A DNA stretch of 30,791 nt from Nitrospinales bacterium (GTDB lineage: Bacteria; Nitrospinota; Nitrospinia; Nitrospinales; JAJDAT01). The stretch spans positions 1 to 30,791 of the forward strand of contig JBHHYO010000027.1 in assembly GCA_046757665.1 (NCBI GenBank), written 5' to 3'. The translations under genes were made by a program, and so were the position numbers. The first letter of the stretch is position 1, and the number at the start of each line of letters is the position of its first letter. The notes under the pieces were generated by a model. That model saw only the letters and a program-made list of their open reading frames with translations, ran no database searches and was not told where the DNA came from. Shown one piece after another: positions 8,204-17,606 of this stretch.

Positions 8204-9412
8204 TCACGCCCGGTACTCTTCGTCCTCGTCGAGGGGTTCCTCTTCCTCGTCTTCGTCGGGGACTTCCTCGACGGCCTGCGGGGCTTCCTCCTCTTCCTCC
8301 GGCTCTTCTTCCGCTTCTCTTTCGAATACCGGGTACTCGAGGTTGGCGAGGGTCTCCGAGGTTCGAAGGGCGTTTTCCGCCACGTCGCCGTAGGCGTTGC
8401 CCTCGATGAACAGTTTGACGAGGTTCCGCATGAACTCCGAGGAAGCAAGGGCCACAATGCCCTCGTCGCCAACGCCGCAATTTTCGATCATCAAAACGGT
8501 CAGGTTGGCGAAAACGGATGATTCGGCGATCGTCACGACGCCCTGGTCCAGGATTTCGTTGCGGTCGAGGGACAGCAGGGTCAGCTTGCTCAAATAGGGC
8601 GATTCGGCGAGGCGGCGCACTCCGTCGGCGGTGATATTGTTCAGTTCGAGGTAAAGGTTTTCGATGCCGTCGAGGTCCGCGCATTCGGCGATGGCCGCGG
8701 CCTCCAGGTCGCCGATGTTGCGGTCGCTGAGGTCGAGGGTCTTGCGGTCCTCGGACACCCGGCTACGGATCATGTTGTTGACGAGGAACAGCCGTAGCGC
8801 CTCCTTGCCGGTGTCCGTAAGGCGGTTCTTGCCGATATCCAGGGTTTGCAGGTTGGCGAATCCCTTGGCTTGGGAAAACGCCAATGCGCCTTCATCCGTT
8901 ATGGCGTTGTTGCGCAGGTCAAGAATTTTCAGGTTGGGGAGCGAAGTGGACCCGGCAAGGTATTTGAGTCCCTCGTCGCCGATTTTATTGTCCGCCAGAA
9001 CCAGGGTGGTGAGTCCATCCAGCCGCGGCGATTCGGCAAGATACTTCGCGCCTTGGGGGCCGATGTCGTTCCAGGCCAGCCGCAGTTGGCTCAAGCGCGG
9101 CAGTTTTTCGGATTCGGCGAGGTAGCGGACGCCGTCGTCGCCGATCTTGTTCTTGTACAGTTTCAGGGATTCCAGGTTGGAAAGATGGTCCGAGTCGGCC
9201 AGGAACCGGATGCCCTCCGGCCCCAGCTTGTTGCTACTGAGCATGAGTCGCCGCACCTGCCGGATGGATTTGGACTTCGCCAGTTCGCGGACTCCGGCAT
9301 CCCCCAGCTTGGTGAAAAAGAAATCCAGGGCGTGATAATCGCGGCTCAGCTTGAATCCGTTACGGATAAGCCCTTCGATATTGTAAAATTTTTTTTGCAC
9401 GGATCGATTCAT
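8204..9412 (-). CDS. Leucine-rich repeat protein (RI/GALA-like) with acidic tail
   Basis: About 11-12 repeats of 27 aa, LxxLxxLxLxxNxIGDxGxxxLAxSxx, in two blocks; C-terminal Glu/Asp-rich tail. Confidence 0.92.
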   Translation of the reverse strand: MNRSVQKKFYNIEGLIRNGFKLSRDYHALDFFFTKLGDAGVRELAKSKSIRQVRRLMLSSNKLGPEGIRFLADSDHLSNLESLKLYKNKIGDDGVRYLAESEKLPRLSQLRLAWNDIGPQGAKYLAESPRLDGLTTLVLADNKIGDEGLKYLAGSTSLPNLKILDLRNNAITDEGALAFSQAKGFANLQTLDIGKNRLTDTGKEALRLFLVNNMIRSRVSEDRKTLDLSDRNIGDLEAAAIAECADLDGIENLYLELNNITADGVRRLAESPYLSKLTLLSLDRNEILDQGVVTIAESSVFANLTVLMIENCGVGDEGIVALASSEFMRNLVKLFIEGNAYGDVAENALRTSETLANLEYPVFEREAEEEPEEEEEAPQAVEEVPDEDEEEEPLDEDEEYRA

Positions 9413-9448
9413 CTCGACACAACGACTCCCATTGTCAGTTCCATTTAA

Positions 9449-10219
9449 TTATCCACCAGCCATGGCAACGGTTGCATCAAAAAAGCGTTTCAGGCTGGGA
9501 AAATATTCGCGGGCGAACAGGATGTCGTTGTGCCCTACCCCGTCCAGCAGTTTCAGCGTTTTGATTTTTGATCCGGCTTGCCTGTAGTTCAGTTCCGCTT
9601 CGTGGGGGTAAATCAAGTTGTCTTCTTTGCCGTGCATGATCAACAAAGGACAGGTAACAGCGGCGATTTTCCTGCTGTTGTTGAACAGGGCATCCTCTTC
9701 CGGGGTGATGGCGTGGATTTTCAATCCGCGGCGCTCGACCAGGGGGATGGGGTCGGCGTAGCCGCTTTCGATGACGCAGGCGCCGATTTCCTCGCGCCCG
9801 GCGCACAGCTCGATGGCGGACGCGCTTCCCAGGGAGCGCCCCATCACGCACACTTCGGCGAGCAATTTCCCATTGTCCTGAAGATGACGGTAAATCAATT
9901 CCGCGTCCCGCATAACTTTTCTCAAGGTGGGAGTTCCATCGCTTTTCCCATAGCCCCGGTAATCGCAAACGGTCAGTTCGGCGCCCAGGCCGGCCATGGG
10001 TTTTTCCAGCGCGTCGTAATCGGAGACGATTTCGCCGTTGCCGTGAAAATAAAGCAGGGAGAACCCGGCGGACGGGTTCGGATAGCGCCGTAGATGCACC
10101 CGGACGCCCGCTTCCACCTCAACATAAATCTCGTCTTTTCCCGGCGGTGGCGGCAGGAGGTCCGGCCTGGGAAAAAACAAATTGCCGTTAAATTCCGGCA
10201 AATCAAAAACCGAGGACAT
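9449..10219 (-). CDS. Alpha/beta hydrolase (ABHD13/BEM46-like)
   Basis: LYFHGNGE, DYRGYGKS, nucleophile GRSLG, HGKED, GHND. Confidence 0.93.
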   Translation of the reverse strand: MSSVFDLPEFNGNLFFPRPDLLPPPPGKDEIYVEVEAGVRVHLRRYPNPSAGFSLLYFHGNGEIVSDYDALEKPMAGLGAELTVCDYRGYGKSDGTPTLRKVMRDAELIYRHLQDNGKLLAEVCVMGRSLGSASAIELCAGREEIGACVIESGYADPIPLVERRGLKIHAITPEEDALFNNSRKIAAVTCPLLIMHGKEDNLIYPHEAELNYRQAGSKIKTLKLLDGVGHNDILFAREYFPSLKRFFDATVAMAGG

Positions 10220-10436
10220 AGTTAATCCTTTTTATTAGATATTTATCCTTAATATGCTAATTTTAAAAGTATTTATTAAATAGTAATTTCCCGGGGTCGA
10301 AATCCGAAATTGATTGATATTTATGGCGAATCATGTAAAAATGTTGCATCTTTATAATTCGGCAGAGCGCGATTGAGCACACCGCCCGCCCGGCCCCATC
10401 AACCTTTAGGACACCCGTTAAAAAAAGGAGAGGTTA

Positions 10437-12692
10437 ATGTTACTCGATATTGCGCCGATTGAAAAATTATTTCAATCCATGGAACAGACGTTCGACAATG
10501 CGCGTAAGAATCTTGGCCGCGGCCTGACGGTCGTGGAGAAGATTCTTTTTTCACATATGGAGCCGGTGGATTACGCCAAACTGGTTCGCGGAGAATCCAA
10601 TATCTATTGCAAGCCGGACCGGGTCGCCATGCAGGACGCCACGGCGCAGATGGCTATTTTGCAGTTCATGTCCGCCGGCCTGCCCAAGGTGGCGGCGCCG
10701 ACGACGGTGCATTGCGACCACCTCATTCAGGCGCAAACCGGAGCGGACGCGGACCTGAAAGCCGCCATCGACCTCAACAAGGAGGTCTATGACTTTCTCC
10801 GTTCGGCGGCGATGAAGTACGGGATGGGGTTTTGGAAACCGGGAGCCGGAATCATTCATCAAGTGGTTCTGGAAAACTACGCGGTTCCGGGGACGATGAT
10901 GATCGGCACGGACTCGCACACGCCCAACGCCGGCGGACTGGGCATGATCGCCATAGGCGTGGGCGGGGCCGACGCCGTCGATGTCATGACCGGCCAGCCC
11001 TTCATGACCAAGATGCCCAAACTGACGGGCATCAAGTTGACGGGCCAACTTTCCGGCTGGACCGCCGCGAAGGACGTGATCCTGAAAGTGGCGACCCTGC
11101 TGACCGCCAAGGGCGGCACGGGGAAAATCGTCGAGTATTTCGGCGACGGCGCCAAAACCCTCAGCGCCACCAGCAAGGGCACCATCACCAATATGGGAGC
11201 CGAGCTGGGCGCCACCACCTCGCTGTTCGGCTACGACGAATCCATGGACGAGTACCTGCGCAAAACGGACCGCGCCGCGGTCGCCGACCTGTGCAAGCAG
11301 TTCGCGCAACACCTGGTCTCGGACCCGGAAACGGCCGCCAACCCGGAAAACTATTACGACGAGATTCACGAGATCGACCTCTCAACCCTCGAGCCGCATA
11401 TCGTCGGGCCGCACACGCCCGACCTCGGACGCACCGTGTCCCAAATGAAAGCGGACGCGGAAAAAAACAGCTACCCGCTGGAACTCAAGGCGGCGCTGAT
11501 CGGCTCCTGCACCAACTCCAGTTACGAGGATTTGACCCGCTCCGTCAGCCTGGTCCGCCAGGCGAAAAAGGCCAGCTTGAAGGTCAAAACCAAACTGATG
11601 GTAACGCCGGGATCGGAAAGAATTTATGAGACCATCAAGCGCGACGGCATCTTGCAGGATTTCGTGGACGTCGGCGCGGTGGTTCTGGCCAACGCCTGCG
11701 GACCCTGTATCGGCCAATGGAAACGCGACGACATCAAAAAAGGCGACCGCAACAGCATCATCAGTTCCTATAACCGCAACTTCGCCAAGCGCAACGACGG
11801 CAACCCGGAGACGCTCAGCTTCATCGGCAGTCCGGAAACGGTGGTGGCCATGGCCTTCGGCGGGTCGCTGGGTTTCAATTTCCTGTCGGACACGATCAAA
11901 ACCGAAAACGGCAACGATTTTAAATTCGAACCGCCTCAAGGACAGGTCTTTCCCAGCAACGGCTACGCCAGCAAGGACAGCGGCTACGAAACGCCGACTT
12001 TCTCCGGCGAAGTGGTGATCGACCCCAACAGCGAACGCCTGGCTTTCCTGGAGCCCTTCCCCAAACAGGACCCGACCACCGATTACCGCGACATGCCGAT
12101 TCTGCTGAAAGCCCAGGGCAAATGCACGACGGATCACATTTCCCAGGCCGGCCCCTGGTTGAAATACCGCGGCCACCTGGACAACATCAGCAACAATCTG
12201 TTCCTGGGGGCGCAACACCAGTTTTCCGATGAAGCGGGCAAAGGCGCGAACCTGTTGACCGGCGAAAAAAACGTGGAACTCAACAAGATCGCCCGCGACT
12301 ACAAAAATCAGGGTTGCGGCTGGGTGGCTTTCGGAGACGAAAACATCGGCGAGGGATCGAGCCGGGAACACGCCGCCATGGAACCCCGGCACATGGGATG
12401 CCGCGCCTTCATCTCAAAATCCTATGCGCGCATTTTCGAGGCCAACCTGAAAAAACAGGGCGTCCTTCCCCTTACCCTGGTCAACAAGGACGACTACGAC
12501 AAAATCCGCGAAACGGACCGCATCACCTTGCTGGACCTGGACAAACTGACGCCCGGCGCCAACGTCACCATGAAAGTGACGCACGAAGACGGCGCCAGCG
12601 AAACAATGCTCCTGGCCCATACCCTGAACGAAAAGGAAATCGGCTGGTTCAAGGCCGGCTCGGCGCTGAACTATGTCGGCGGCGGGAAATAA
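10437..12692 (+). CDS. Aconitate hydratase, mitochondrial/Bacteroidetes type
   Basis: DRVAMQDATAQMA, HCDH, GTDSHT, IGSCTN, NACGPCIG, KCTTDHIS, GSSREHA; AGGAG RBS upstream. Confidence 0.97.
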   Translation: MLLDIAPIEKLFQSMEQTFDNARKNLGRGLTVVEKILFSHMEPVDYAKLVRGESNIYCKPDRVAMQDATAQMAILQFMSAGLPKVAAPTTVHCDHLIQAQTGADADLKAAIDLNKEVYDFLRSAAMKYGMGFWKPGAGIIHQVVLENYAVPGTMMIGTDSHTPNAGGLGMIAIGVGGADAVDVMTGQPFMTKMPKLTGIKLTGQLSGWTAAKDVILKVATLLTAKGGTGKIVEYFGDGAKTLSATSKGTITNMGAELGATTSLFGYDESMDEYLRKTDRAAVADLCKQFAQHLVSDPETAANPENYYDEIHEIDLSTLEPHIVGPHTPDLGRTVSQMKADAEKNSYPLELKAALIGSCTNSSYEDLTRSVSLVRQAKKASLKVKTKLMVTPGSERIYETIKRDGILQDFVDVGAVVLANACGPCIGQWKRDDIKKGDRNSIISSYNRNFAKRNDGNPETLSFIGSPETVVAMAFGGSLGFNFLSDTIKTENGNDFKFEPPQGQVFPSNGYASKDSGYETPTFSGEVVIDPNSERLAFLEPFPKQDPTTDYRDMPILLKAQGKCTTDHISQAGPWLKYRGHLDNISNNLFLGAQHQFSDEAGKGANLLTGEKNVELNKIARDYKNQGCGWVAFGDENIGEGSSREHAAMEPRHMGCRAFISKSYARIFEANLKKQGVLPLTLVNKDDYDKIRETDRITLLDLDKLTPGANVTMKVTHEDGASETMLLAHTLNEKEIGWFKAGSALNYVGGGK

Positions 12693-12732
12693 GATCAGCG
12701 TTCGTGACAAAAATAAGCGCAAGAAAATGACT

Positions 12733-12770
12733 GCCCTTCGACAGAGCCTGTCCCAAGCCTGTCGAAGGGC
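12733..12770. repeat. REP-like hairpin downstream of aconitase
   Basis: Perfect 12-bp inverted repeat GCCCTTCGACAG / CTGTCGAAGGGC with a 14-nt loop. Confidence 0.75.
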
Positions 12771-12932
12771 TTAAGCAACCTGCCAATTACCGGTTAACAG
12801 GCCGGTCGCGTATCCGCAACTTTCCGGCCAAAACCGGACAACCCTCCCCCTTTTGGTTCTTCAACCACCCAAGTCAAAAGAACTTGCGCCGGCGCATACC
12901 TGCACGGTGCGCTATATATGGGGGACAAAAAA

Positions 12933-13042
12933 CCGGAGACGGGAGGCGGGAGGCCGGAGACTGGAAAAAAAACCTGCAATTCCTTTGTTCCTCGCCGCCG
13001 GGAATTTGGGTTTTCTCTGTGTCTCTGTGCCTCCGTGGTGAA
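12933..13042. repeat. Short tandem repeats (7-mer x5 and 8-mer x3)
   Basis: CCGGAGA CGGGAGG CGGGAGG CCGGAGA CTGGAAA (12933-12967) and CTCTGTGT CTCTGTGC CTCCGTGG (13015-13038). Confidence 0.7.
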
Positions 13043-13180
13043 TTTCGGCATTGTAAATTTTAATCTTCAAAACGCGGGGTTCGGCATGGGAAAATATGAA
13101 ACAAAAATATCTTTTAATACCATTAAGTTAAGTATAAATATTTAAACCTTTTTCCAGCATGGTTTTTCCGCGAAATCCGG

Positions 13181-13325
13181 TCATTTTTTACCTGACGGAA
13201 GCGCTGGAGAACCGGTTGCATAACAAGGGGTTGGTGGTTTTACAGGCTGACGTTTCGACTATTTCGTTCCTCGTTTTTAAAAAAATTTTTTTCTGCAAAA
13301 ACCGGCCGGGTCAGGTATGAAATGA
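13181..13325. mobile_element. Possible degenerate MITE (145 bp)
   Basis: TCATTTTTTACCTGAC (13181-13196) versus reverse complement of 13310-13325, TCATTTCATACCTGAC: 14/16. No target duplication seen. Confidence 0.4.
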
Positions 13326-13380
13326 AAACAACTCGTTTTGAAACAGGCAAGCGCCCTGTCAATCGGTCAGGGAAGGGAAA

Positions 13381-14397
13381 TTATTTGCCCAGGGGCAGGT
13401 TGGGATGGGCGTCGAGGGTGAAACAGTCGTCGGCATGGGCCTTGTTTTGCCGATAGTGGTGGTATCCGGCGCAGGCGATCATGGCGGCGTTGTCGGTGCA
13501 GAACACGGGTTTGGGGAAATAAACCCGGATGCCGTTTTCTTGCGCGGCGGTTTCCACCTGCCGGCGCAGGCGGCCATTGGCGGCGACACCGCCGGCCACC
13601 ACGGCGCGCCTGACGGTCTCTTGCTTGCAGGCGGCGACGAGTTTTGCCACCAGGACGTCAACGACGGCTTCCTGAAAGCAGGCGGCGATATCGGCATCGG
13701 ACAGGCCGGACGCTCCGCCCTCGCGGCGGGTCTGCAATACCCGGCGGACGGAGGTTTTTAATCCGCTGAAACTGAAGTCGAGGGAGCCGTTTTCCAGAAA
13801 GGCGCGGGGAAATTTGTGGGCGCCGGGGTTGCCCGAGCGCGCGGCTTTTTCGATCAGGGGGCCGCCGGGGTAGCCCAGGTTCAACATTTTCGCCACTTTG
13901 TCGAACGATTCTCCGGCGGCGTCGTCGCGCGTCCTGCCGAGCGTTTTGTAACTGCCGAAATCGTCGACGCGGTACAGGTCGGTATGGCCGCCGGAAACGG
14001 CAAGGGCCAGGTAAGGAAAGGCCACCGTCTCTTGCAGGAAAATGGACAGCAGGTGCCCTTCCAGATGGTTGATGCCGATGATGGGTTTTTTCAGGCTGAA
14101 GGCGATGGCCTTGGCGGCGTTGAGTCCGACGAGAAGCGAAACCACCAGGCCCGGCCCGGCGGTAACGGCGATGAGGTCGATATCCGGCAAACGCACCCGG
14201 GCTTCCGTCAAGGCCTGCTGAACGACGACGTGGATGCGTTCGACATGGGAGCGTCCCGCCAGTTCGGGCACGACGCCGCCGTATTTGGCGTGGATGGCAT
14301 CCTGGCTGGCGATGACGTTGGCAAGAAGATCGCCGCCGTTCCGTAAAACGGCGGCGGCGGTTTCATCGCAGGAGGTTTCGATTCCCAAGACCAGCAT
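13381..14397 (-). CDS. tsaD: tRNA N6-threonylcarbamoyladenosine transferase TsaD
   Basis: LGIETSCDETAAA, GGVVPELA, NHLEGH, VSGGHT, DDAAGESFDK, FSFSGLKT, CTDNAAMIA. Confidence 0.98.
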   Translation of the reverse strand: MLVLGIETSCDETAAAVLRNGGDLLANVIASQDAIHAKYGGVVPELAGRSHVERIHVVVQQALTEARVRLPDIDLIAVTAGPGLVVSLLVGLNAAKAIAFSLKKPIIGINHLEGHLLSIFLQETVAFPYLALAVSGGHTDLYRVDDFGSYKTLGRTRDDAAGESFDKVAKMLNLGYPGGPLIEKAARSGNPGAHKFPRAFLENGSLDFSFSGLKTSVRRVLQTRREGGASGLSDADIAACFQEAVVDVLVAKLVAACKQETVRRAVVAGGVAANGRLRRQVETAAQENGIRVYFPKPVFCTDNAAMIACAGYHHYRQNKAHADDCFTLDAHPNLPLGK

Positions 14398-14532
14398 AGA
14401 AGAACGGGGACCCCGGTCCCATAAAAACGGGCAACGCCCGCGGAAAGAAAGGAGAGCTTGAACAGACAGAAGGGAGTTCAGCCGTACAGGCCCGAAGTCT
14501 CTCGTCGTGAAACTGGGAAAAGGTGTTTGCGG

Positions 14533-15939
14533 TCAGCGTATATTTTTGCTCATGACTTCCCACCCGGTGAGCAGAGCCACGGCCTCCCGCAACTGCGCGT
14601 CTTCCCGCAGTTCTTTTTCCAGTTCGGCGGCCTGCTCTTCTTCGGTTTCTTCTTCCGGGTCTTCGTTATTCGGCGTTTTGCCCTTCAGGTGTTTTTTCAG
14701 GTCTTTTTCGCGGAGGAACTTGCGGATTTTTTCTTTTTCCTTATTTTCCTTGATTTCCTCCTCTTTTTTAGACTCGGCCAGGCGCAGGGGCTGTTCCACC
14801 ACGATATCGGGCTTGATGCCGTTTTCCTGGATCACCTTGCCGCTGGGCGTGTAATAGCGGGCGGTGGTCAGGCGCAGGGCGGACCCGTCGCTGAGCGGCA
14901 TGATGGTTTGCACCGATCCCTTGCCGAAGGTTTGGGTGCCGAGGACAACGGCTCGTCCCAGGTCCTGGAGGGCGCCGGCGACGATCTCGGACGCGCTGGC
15001 GCTACCGCCGTTGACCAGGATGATCATCGGATAATCGACTTTCATATATCCCAGTTTGGGATGGGTGGTGAACCGCGTGTTCTGGTCTTCATTCCGGCCG
15101 CTGGTGTAGACGATCAGATTTTCGTTTCCCAGAAAACGATCCGTCACTTCCACCGCCTGGTTGAGCAAGCCGCCGGGATTGTTGCGCAGGTCGAGAATGA
15201 GTTTTGAAATTCCCTGTTGCTTCAACTTTCTCAAAGCCGCGTCCAGATCGTTGCTGGTGGTTTTTGCGAAACTGCGGATTTTGATGTAGCCGACATTTTT
15301 ATTGTACACCTTATGCTTGACGCCCTTGACCTTGATGATCGCCCGGACGATGGTAAACACTTTCGGATCGGAAAAGCTTTCCCGGAAAACCATTATGTTT
15401 ACGGGATCGCCCGGCTTGCCCCGGAGCTTGTCGACGGCATCGGGCAGGCTCATGTCCAGGGTCGAGTCGTCCTCGATCTGGATGATTCTGTCGCCCGGCT
15501 TGATTCCTGCTTTATAGGCGGGAGTGTCTTCGATGGGGCTGACGACGGTCAACATGCCGTCACGGATGCTGATTTCGATGCCCAGGCCGCCGAATTTTCC
15601 GGAGGTTTCCACTCGCATTTCCTTGTAGGAATCCGGCGTCAAATACGTGGTATGCGGGTCCAGGGTTTTGAGCATTCCGCGGATGGCTCCATTGATTAAT
15701 TCGTCGGGATCGACCTCCTTGACGTAGTTTTCCTCCAAGAGGGAGATGATCTCCGAGAACACTTTCAGTTTCTGGTAAGTGTCCGCTTTTTTGCCCAGAT
15801 GATCGAGGCCGGAATCTCTGGCGAACGCTACGGGGCTTGCCACGATTAAGACCAAAAAGGCCAGGCAAACCCGGAGGACAAGGCCCCGGTAAAGGACCGT
15901 CGGATGAAATATTTTTTGGATCGTATTGTGAATACTCAA
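14533..15939 (-). CDS. ctpA: S41 carboxyl-terminal processing protease
   Basis: LDPHTTY, PDZ GGLGIEI, DLRNNPGGLL, SASASEIVAGALQD, FGKGSVQ, TTARYYTPSG. TTG 15939 has AGGAGA 7 nt upstream, so it is preferred over 15969. Confidence 0.93.
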   Translation of the reverse strand: MSIHNTIQKIFHPTVLYRGLVLRVCLAFLVLIVASPVAFARDSGLDHLGKKADTYQKLKVFSEIISLLEENYVKEVDPDELINGAIRGMLKTLDPHTTYLTPDSYKEMRVETSGKFGGLGIEISIRDGMLTVVSPIEDTPAYKAGIKPGDRIIQIEDDSTLDMSLPDAVDKLRGKPGDPVNIMVFRESFSDPKVFTIVRAIIKVKGVKHKVYNKNVGYIKIRSFAKTTSNDLDAALRKLKQQGISKLILDLRNNPGGLLNQAVEVTDRFLGNENLIVYTSGRNEDQNTRFTTHPKLGYMKVDYPMIILVNGGSASASEIVAGALQDLGRAVVLGTQTFGKGSVQTIMPLSDGSALRLTTARYYTPSGKVIQENGIKPDIVVEQPLRLAESKKEEEIKENKEKEKIRKFLREKDLKKHLKGKTPNNEDPEEETEEEQAAELEKELREDAQLREAVALLTGWEVMSKNIR

Positions 15940-15989
15940 TGCCGTATCTCCTAGAAAAGTCTCAAACAAGATTATTATATCTTATAAAT

Positions 15990-16272
15990 CACTACTGTCC
16001 GGGGAAATTCTTGATCTCGTTGTTATAGTGTTTTCAAAGAAATCAACTTCTTTATTTTTCAATAAGTTAGCTTTTTGCGATCCATGCTGTCCGGGGAAAC
16101 CCTGATCTCAATTCCTGAAAAGCTTTTCTGGAATCATTTGAGAATCCCTTTTCATTGTGGAAAGGGCGTTTATAGCCGTTTAAAGGGTTCCTTTATGCTG
16201 TCCGGTTAAAAAAAGAGCCTAACTAAGCCTCATATTTTCAATGAAGCTTTTAATTTTCCCCGGACACTACTG
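15990..16272. mobile_element. MITE, 283 bp, with 18-bp TIRs and 9-bp target site duplication (IS4-like)
   Basis: Left CACTACTGTCCGGGGAAA versus right reverse complement CAGTAGTGTCCGGGGAAA (16/18). CTTATAAAT is directly repeated at 15981-15989 and 16273-16281. No ORF inside. Confidence 0.88.
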
Positions 16273-16364
16273 CTTATAAATATCGATTGAAAACACCCAA
16301 AGACAAGAAATGCACTGTCAAATTACCGGGAATTTCATAAAGAACTTTTGCATAACCTGAGATT

Positions 16365-16418
16365 CTTCGCCGCCCTGGTGTCCTCGCAAGCCGCGGCCAG
16401 CGGCGTGGCGATCCAGCC
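16365..16418. repeat. Second copy (left arm) of the REP-like repeat at 1309-1362
   Basis: 48/54 identity to 1309-1362; the GCCGC/GCGGC stem is conserved while the loop varies. Confidence 0.85.
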
Positions 16419-16424
16419 TTCCGG

Positions 16425-17606
16425 CTAATTTTTCGCCAACCGAAACCAAGTGGCGGGATCAATGGCTTTGCCGTTATGGCGCAGTTCAAAATAAAGCGCC
16501 GCGCCGATGATCGACCCGGAGTCTCCGGATTTTCCCAGGATTTGGCCCCGGCGCACGTTTTTCCCGACTTTGGTGAAAATCCGGCCCATATGACCGTAGA
16601 CGGAATGATAATTTTCTCCATGGCCGATGATGACAAGGTTTCCATAGCCGGCCAGGGAACCAATATATAAAACTTTTCCGGAATAAACCACCCGCACCGG
16701 GGTGCCTTTGTTCGTCCGGATATTTATTCCATTATGAACAATGTACACATCGTATTGCTTGTCTTTTTTTCGGCCAAAGCGGTTGAGGATTTTTCCATCG
16801 ACCGGCAGGTCGAGCCGCCCCTTGTGGTCGGCGAAATTCAGGTTTTCCCCGTGTTTCCGTTTTTTTTCCAGCCGCAGGATCAGATCCTTCAACGCGCTGG
16901 AACGCTGGGTATATTCCTTCTGGGCCTTGACGAACAGGACTTTGTCTTTTTTAAGCCGGCGCAGAAATTTTATTTTCGCCAAGCGCCGGGGTTTAATTTC
17001 ACTTTTTTTCTTTGCGGCATCCTTTTGCAGACGCAGGAGTTCGGATCGCACGTCCAAAAGGGTTTCTTTTTCTTTATTCAGGTTTTCAAGTTTGTCCGCG
17101 TATTGCCGGAAGAGGGCCGTATCGTACTCGGTCACCACTTCCATATATTTCATGCGCCGAACCATGTCGGTCACGCTGTCCGCCGAGAACAAAACCTTGA
17201 CGGGATACAGACCGCCGTCTTTGTAGATGATTCGCAACCATTTGGCCAGGACGGATTTTTGCCTGGACAGGGAATTTTGAGCCTTGGTTATGTTCCGGGT
17301 CAATTTTATAACTTTCCTTTTATTGATTTCAATGTTCCATTTATAAATTTCCAGTTCCCGTTCTTTCAATTTCACCTGGGTTTCCATGCGGTTCAGGGTT
17401 CGCAGTAACGATACTTCTCTTTTGCCGGCGGAGGAGATTCTCCGGTTTTGTTTTTCAATGCGCTCCTTTAACCGCTGGAGTTCGCGTTTTTCATCCTCGA
17501 GCAAAATGGTGATTTCCTCAATGGATTTTTCCCTGGCCGCCGCGGGGTCATGAAAGCCTGAAAGCCCGAGGAGAACCCATATCGCGAGGAGGAGGGCGTG
17601 TTTCAT
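16425..17606 (-). CDS. envC: EnvC-like murein hydrolase activator (coiled coil plus M23/LytM domain)
   Basis: Signal peptide, long coiled coil, HNGINI, GYGNLVIIGH, degenerate ALYFELR; ATGA overlap with ftsX. Confidence 0.88.
   Translation of the reverse strand: MKHALLLAIWVLLGLSGFHDPAAAREKSIEEITILLEDEKRELQRLKERIEKQNRRISSAGKREVSLLRTLNRMETQVKLKERELEIYKWNIEINKRKVIKLTRNITKAQNSLSRQKSVLAKWLRIIYKDGGLYPVKVLFSADSVTDMVRRMKYMEVVTEYDTALFRQYADKLENLNKEKETLLDVRSELLRLQKDAAKKKSEIKPRRLAKIKFLRRLKKDKVLFVKAQKEYTQRSSALKDLILRLEKKRKHGENLNFADHKGRLDLPVDGKILNRFGRKKDKQYDVYIVHNGINIRTNKGTPVRVVYSGKVLYIGSLAGYGNLVIIGHGENYHSVYGHMGRIFTKVGKNVRRGQILGKSGDSGSIIGAALYFELRHNGKAIDPATWFRLAKN

Noticed and set aside
10437-12692. Eukaryotic contamination or transfer suggested by mitochondrial-type aconitase
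   Set aside because: This subtype is known in bacteria; the gene has an SD, no introns and host-like codon usage.
14440-14510. Hammerhead ribozyme
   Set aside because: A three-stem arrangement is possible but the CUGANGA core is absent on both strands.
15990-16272. CRISPR array from repeated CTGTCCGG units
   Set aside because: Only three degenerate copies about 100 bp apart plus one inverted copy, bounded by a TSD; no cas genes.
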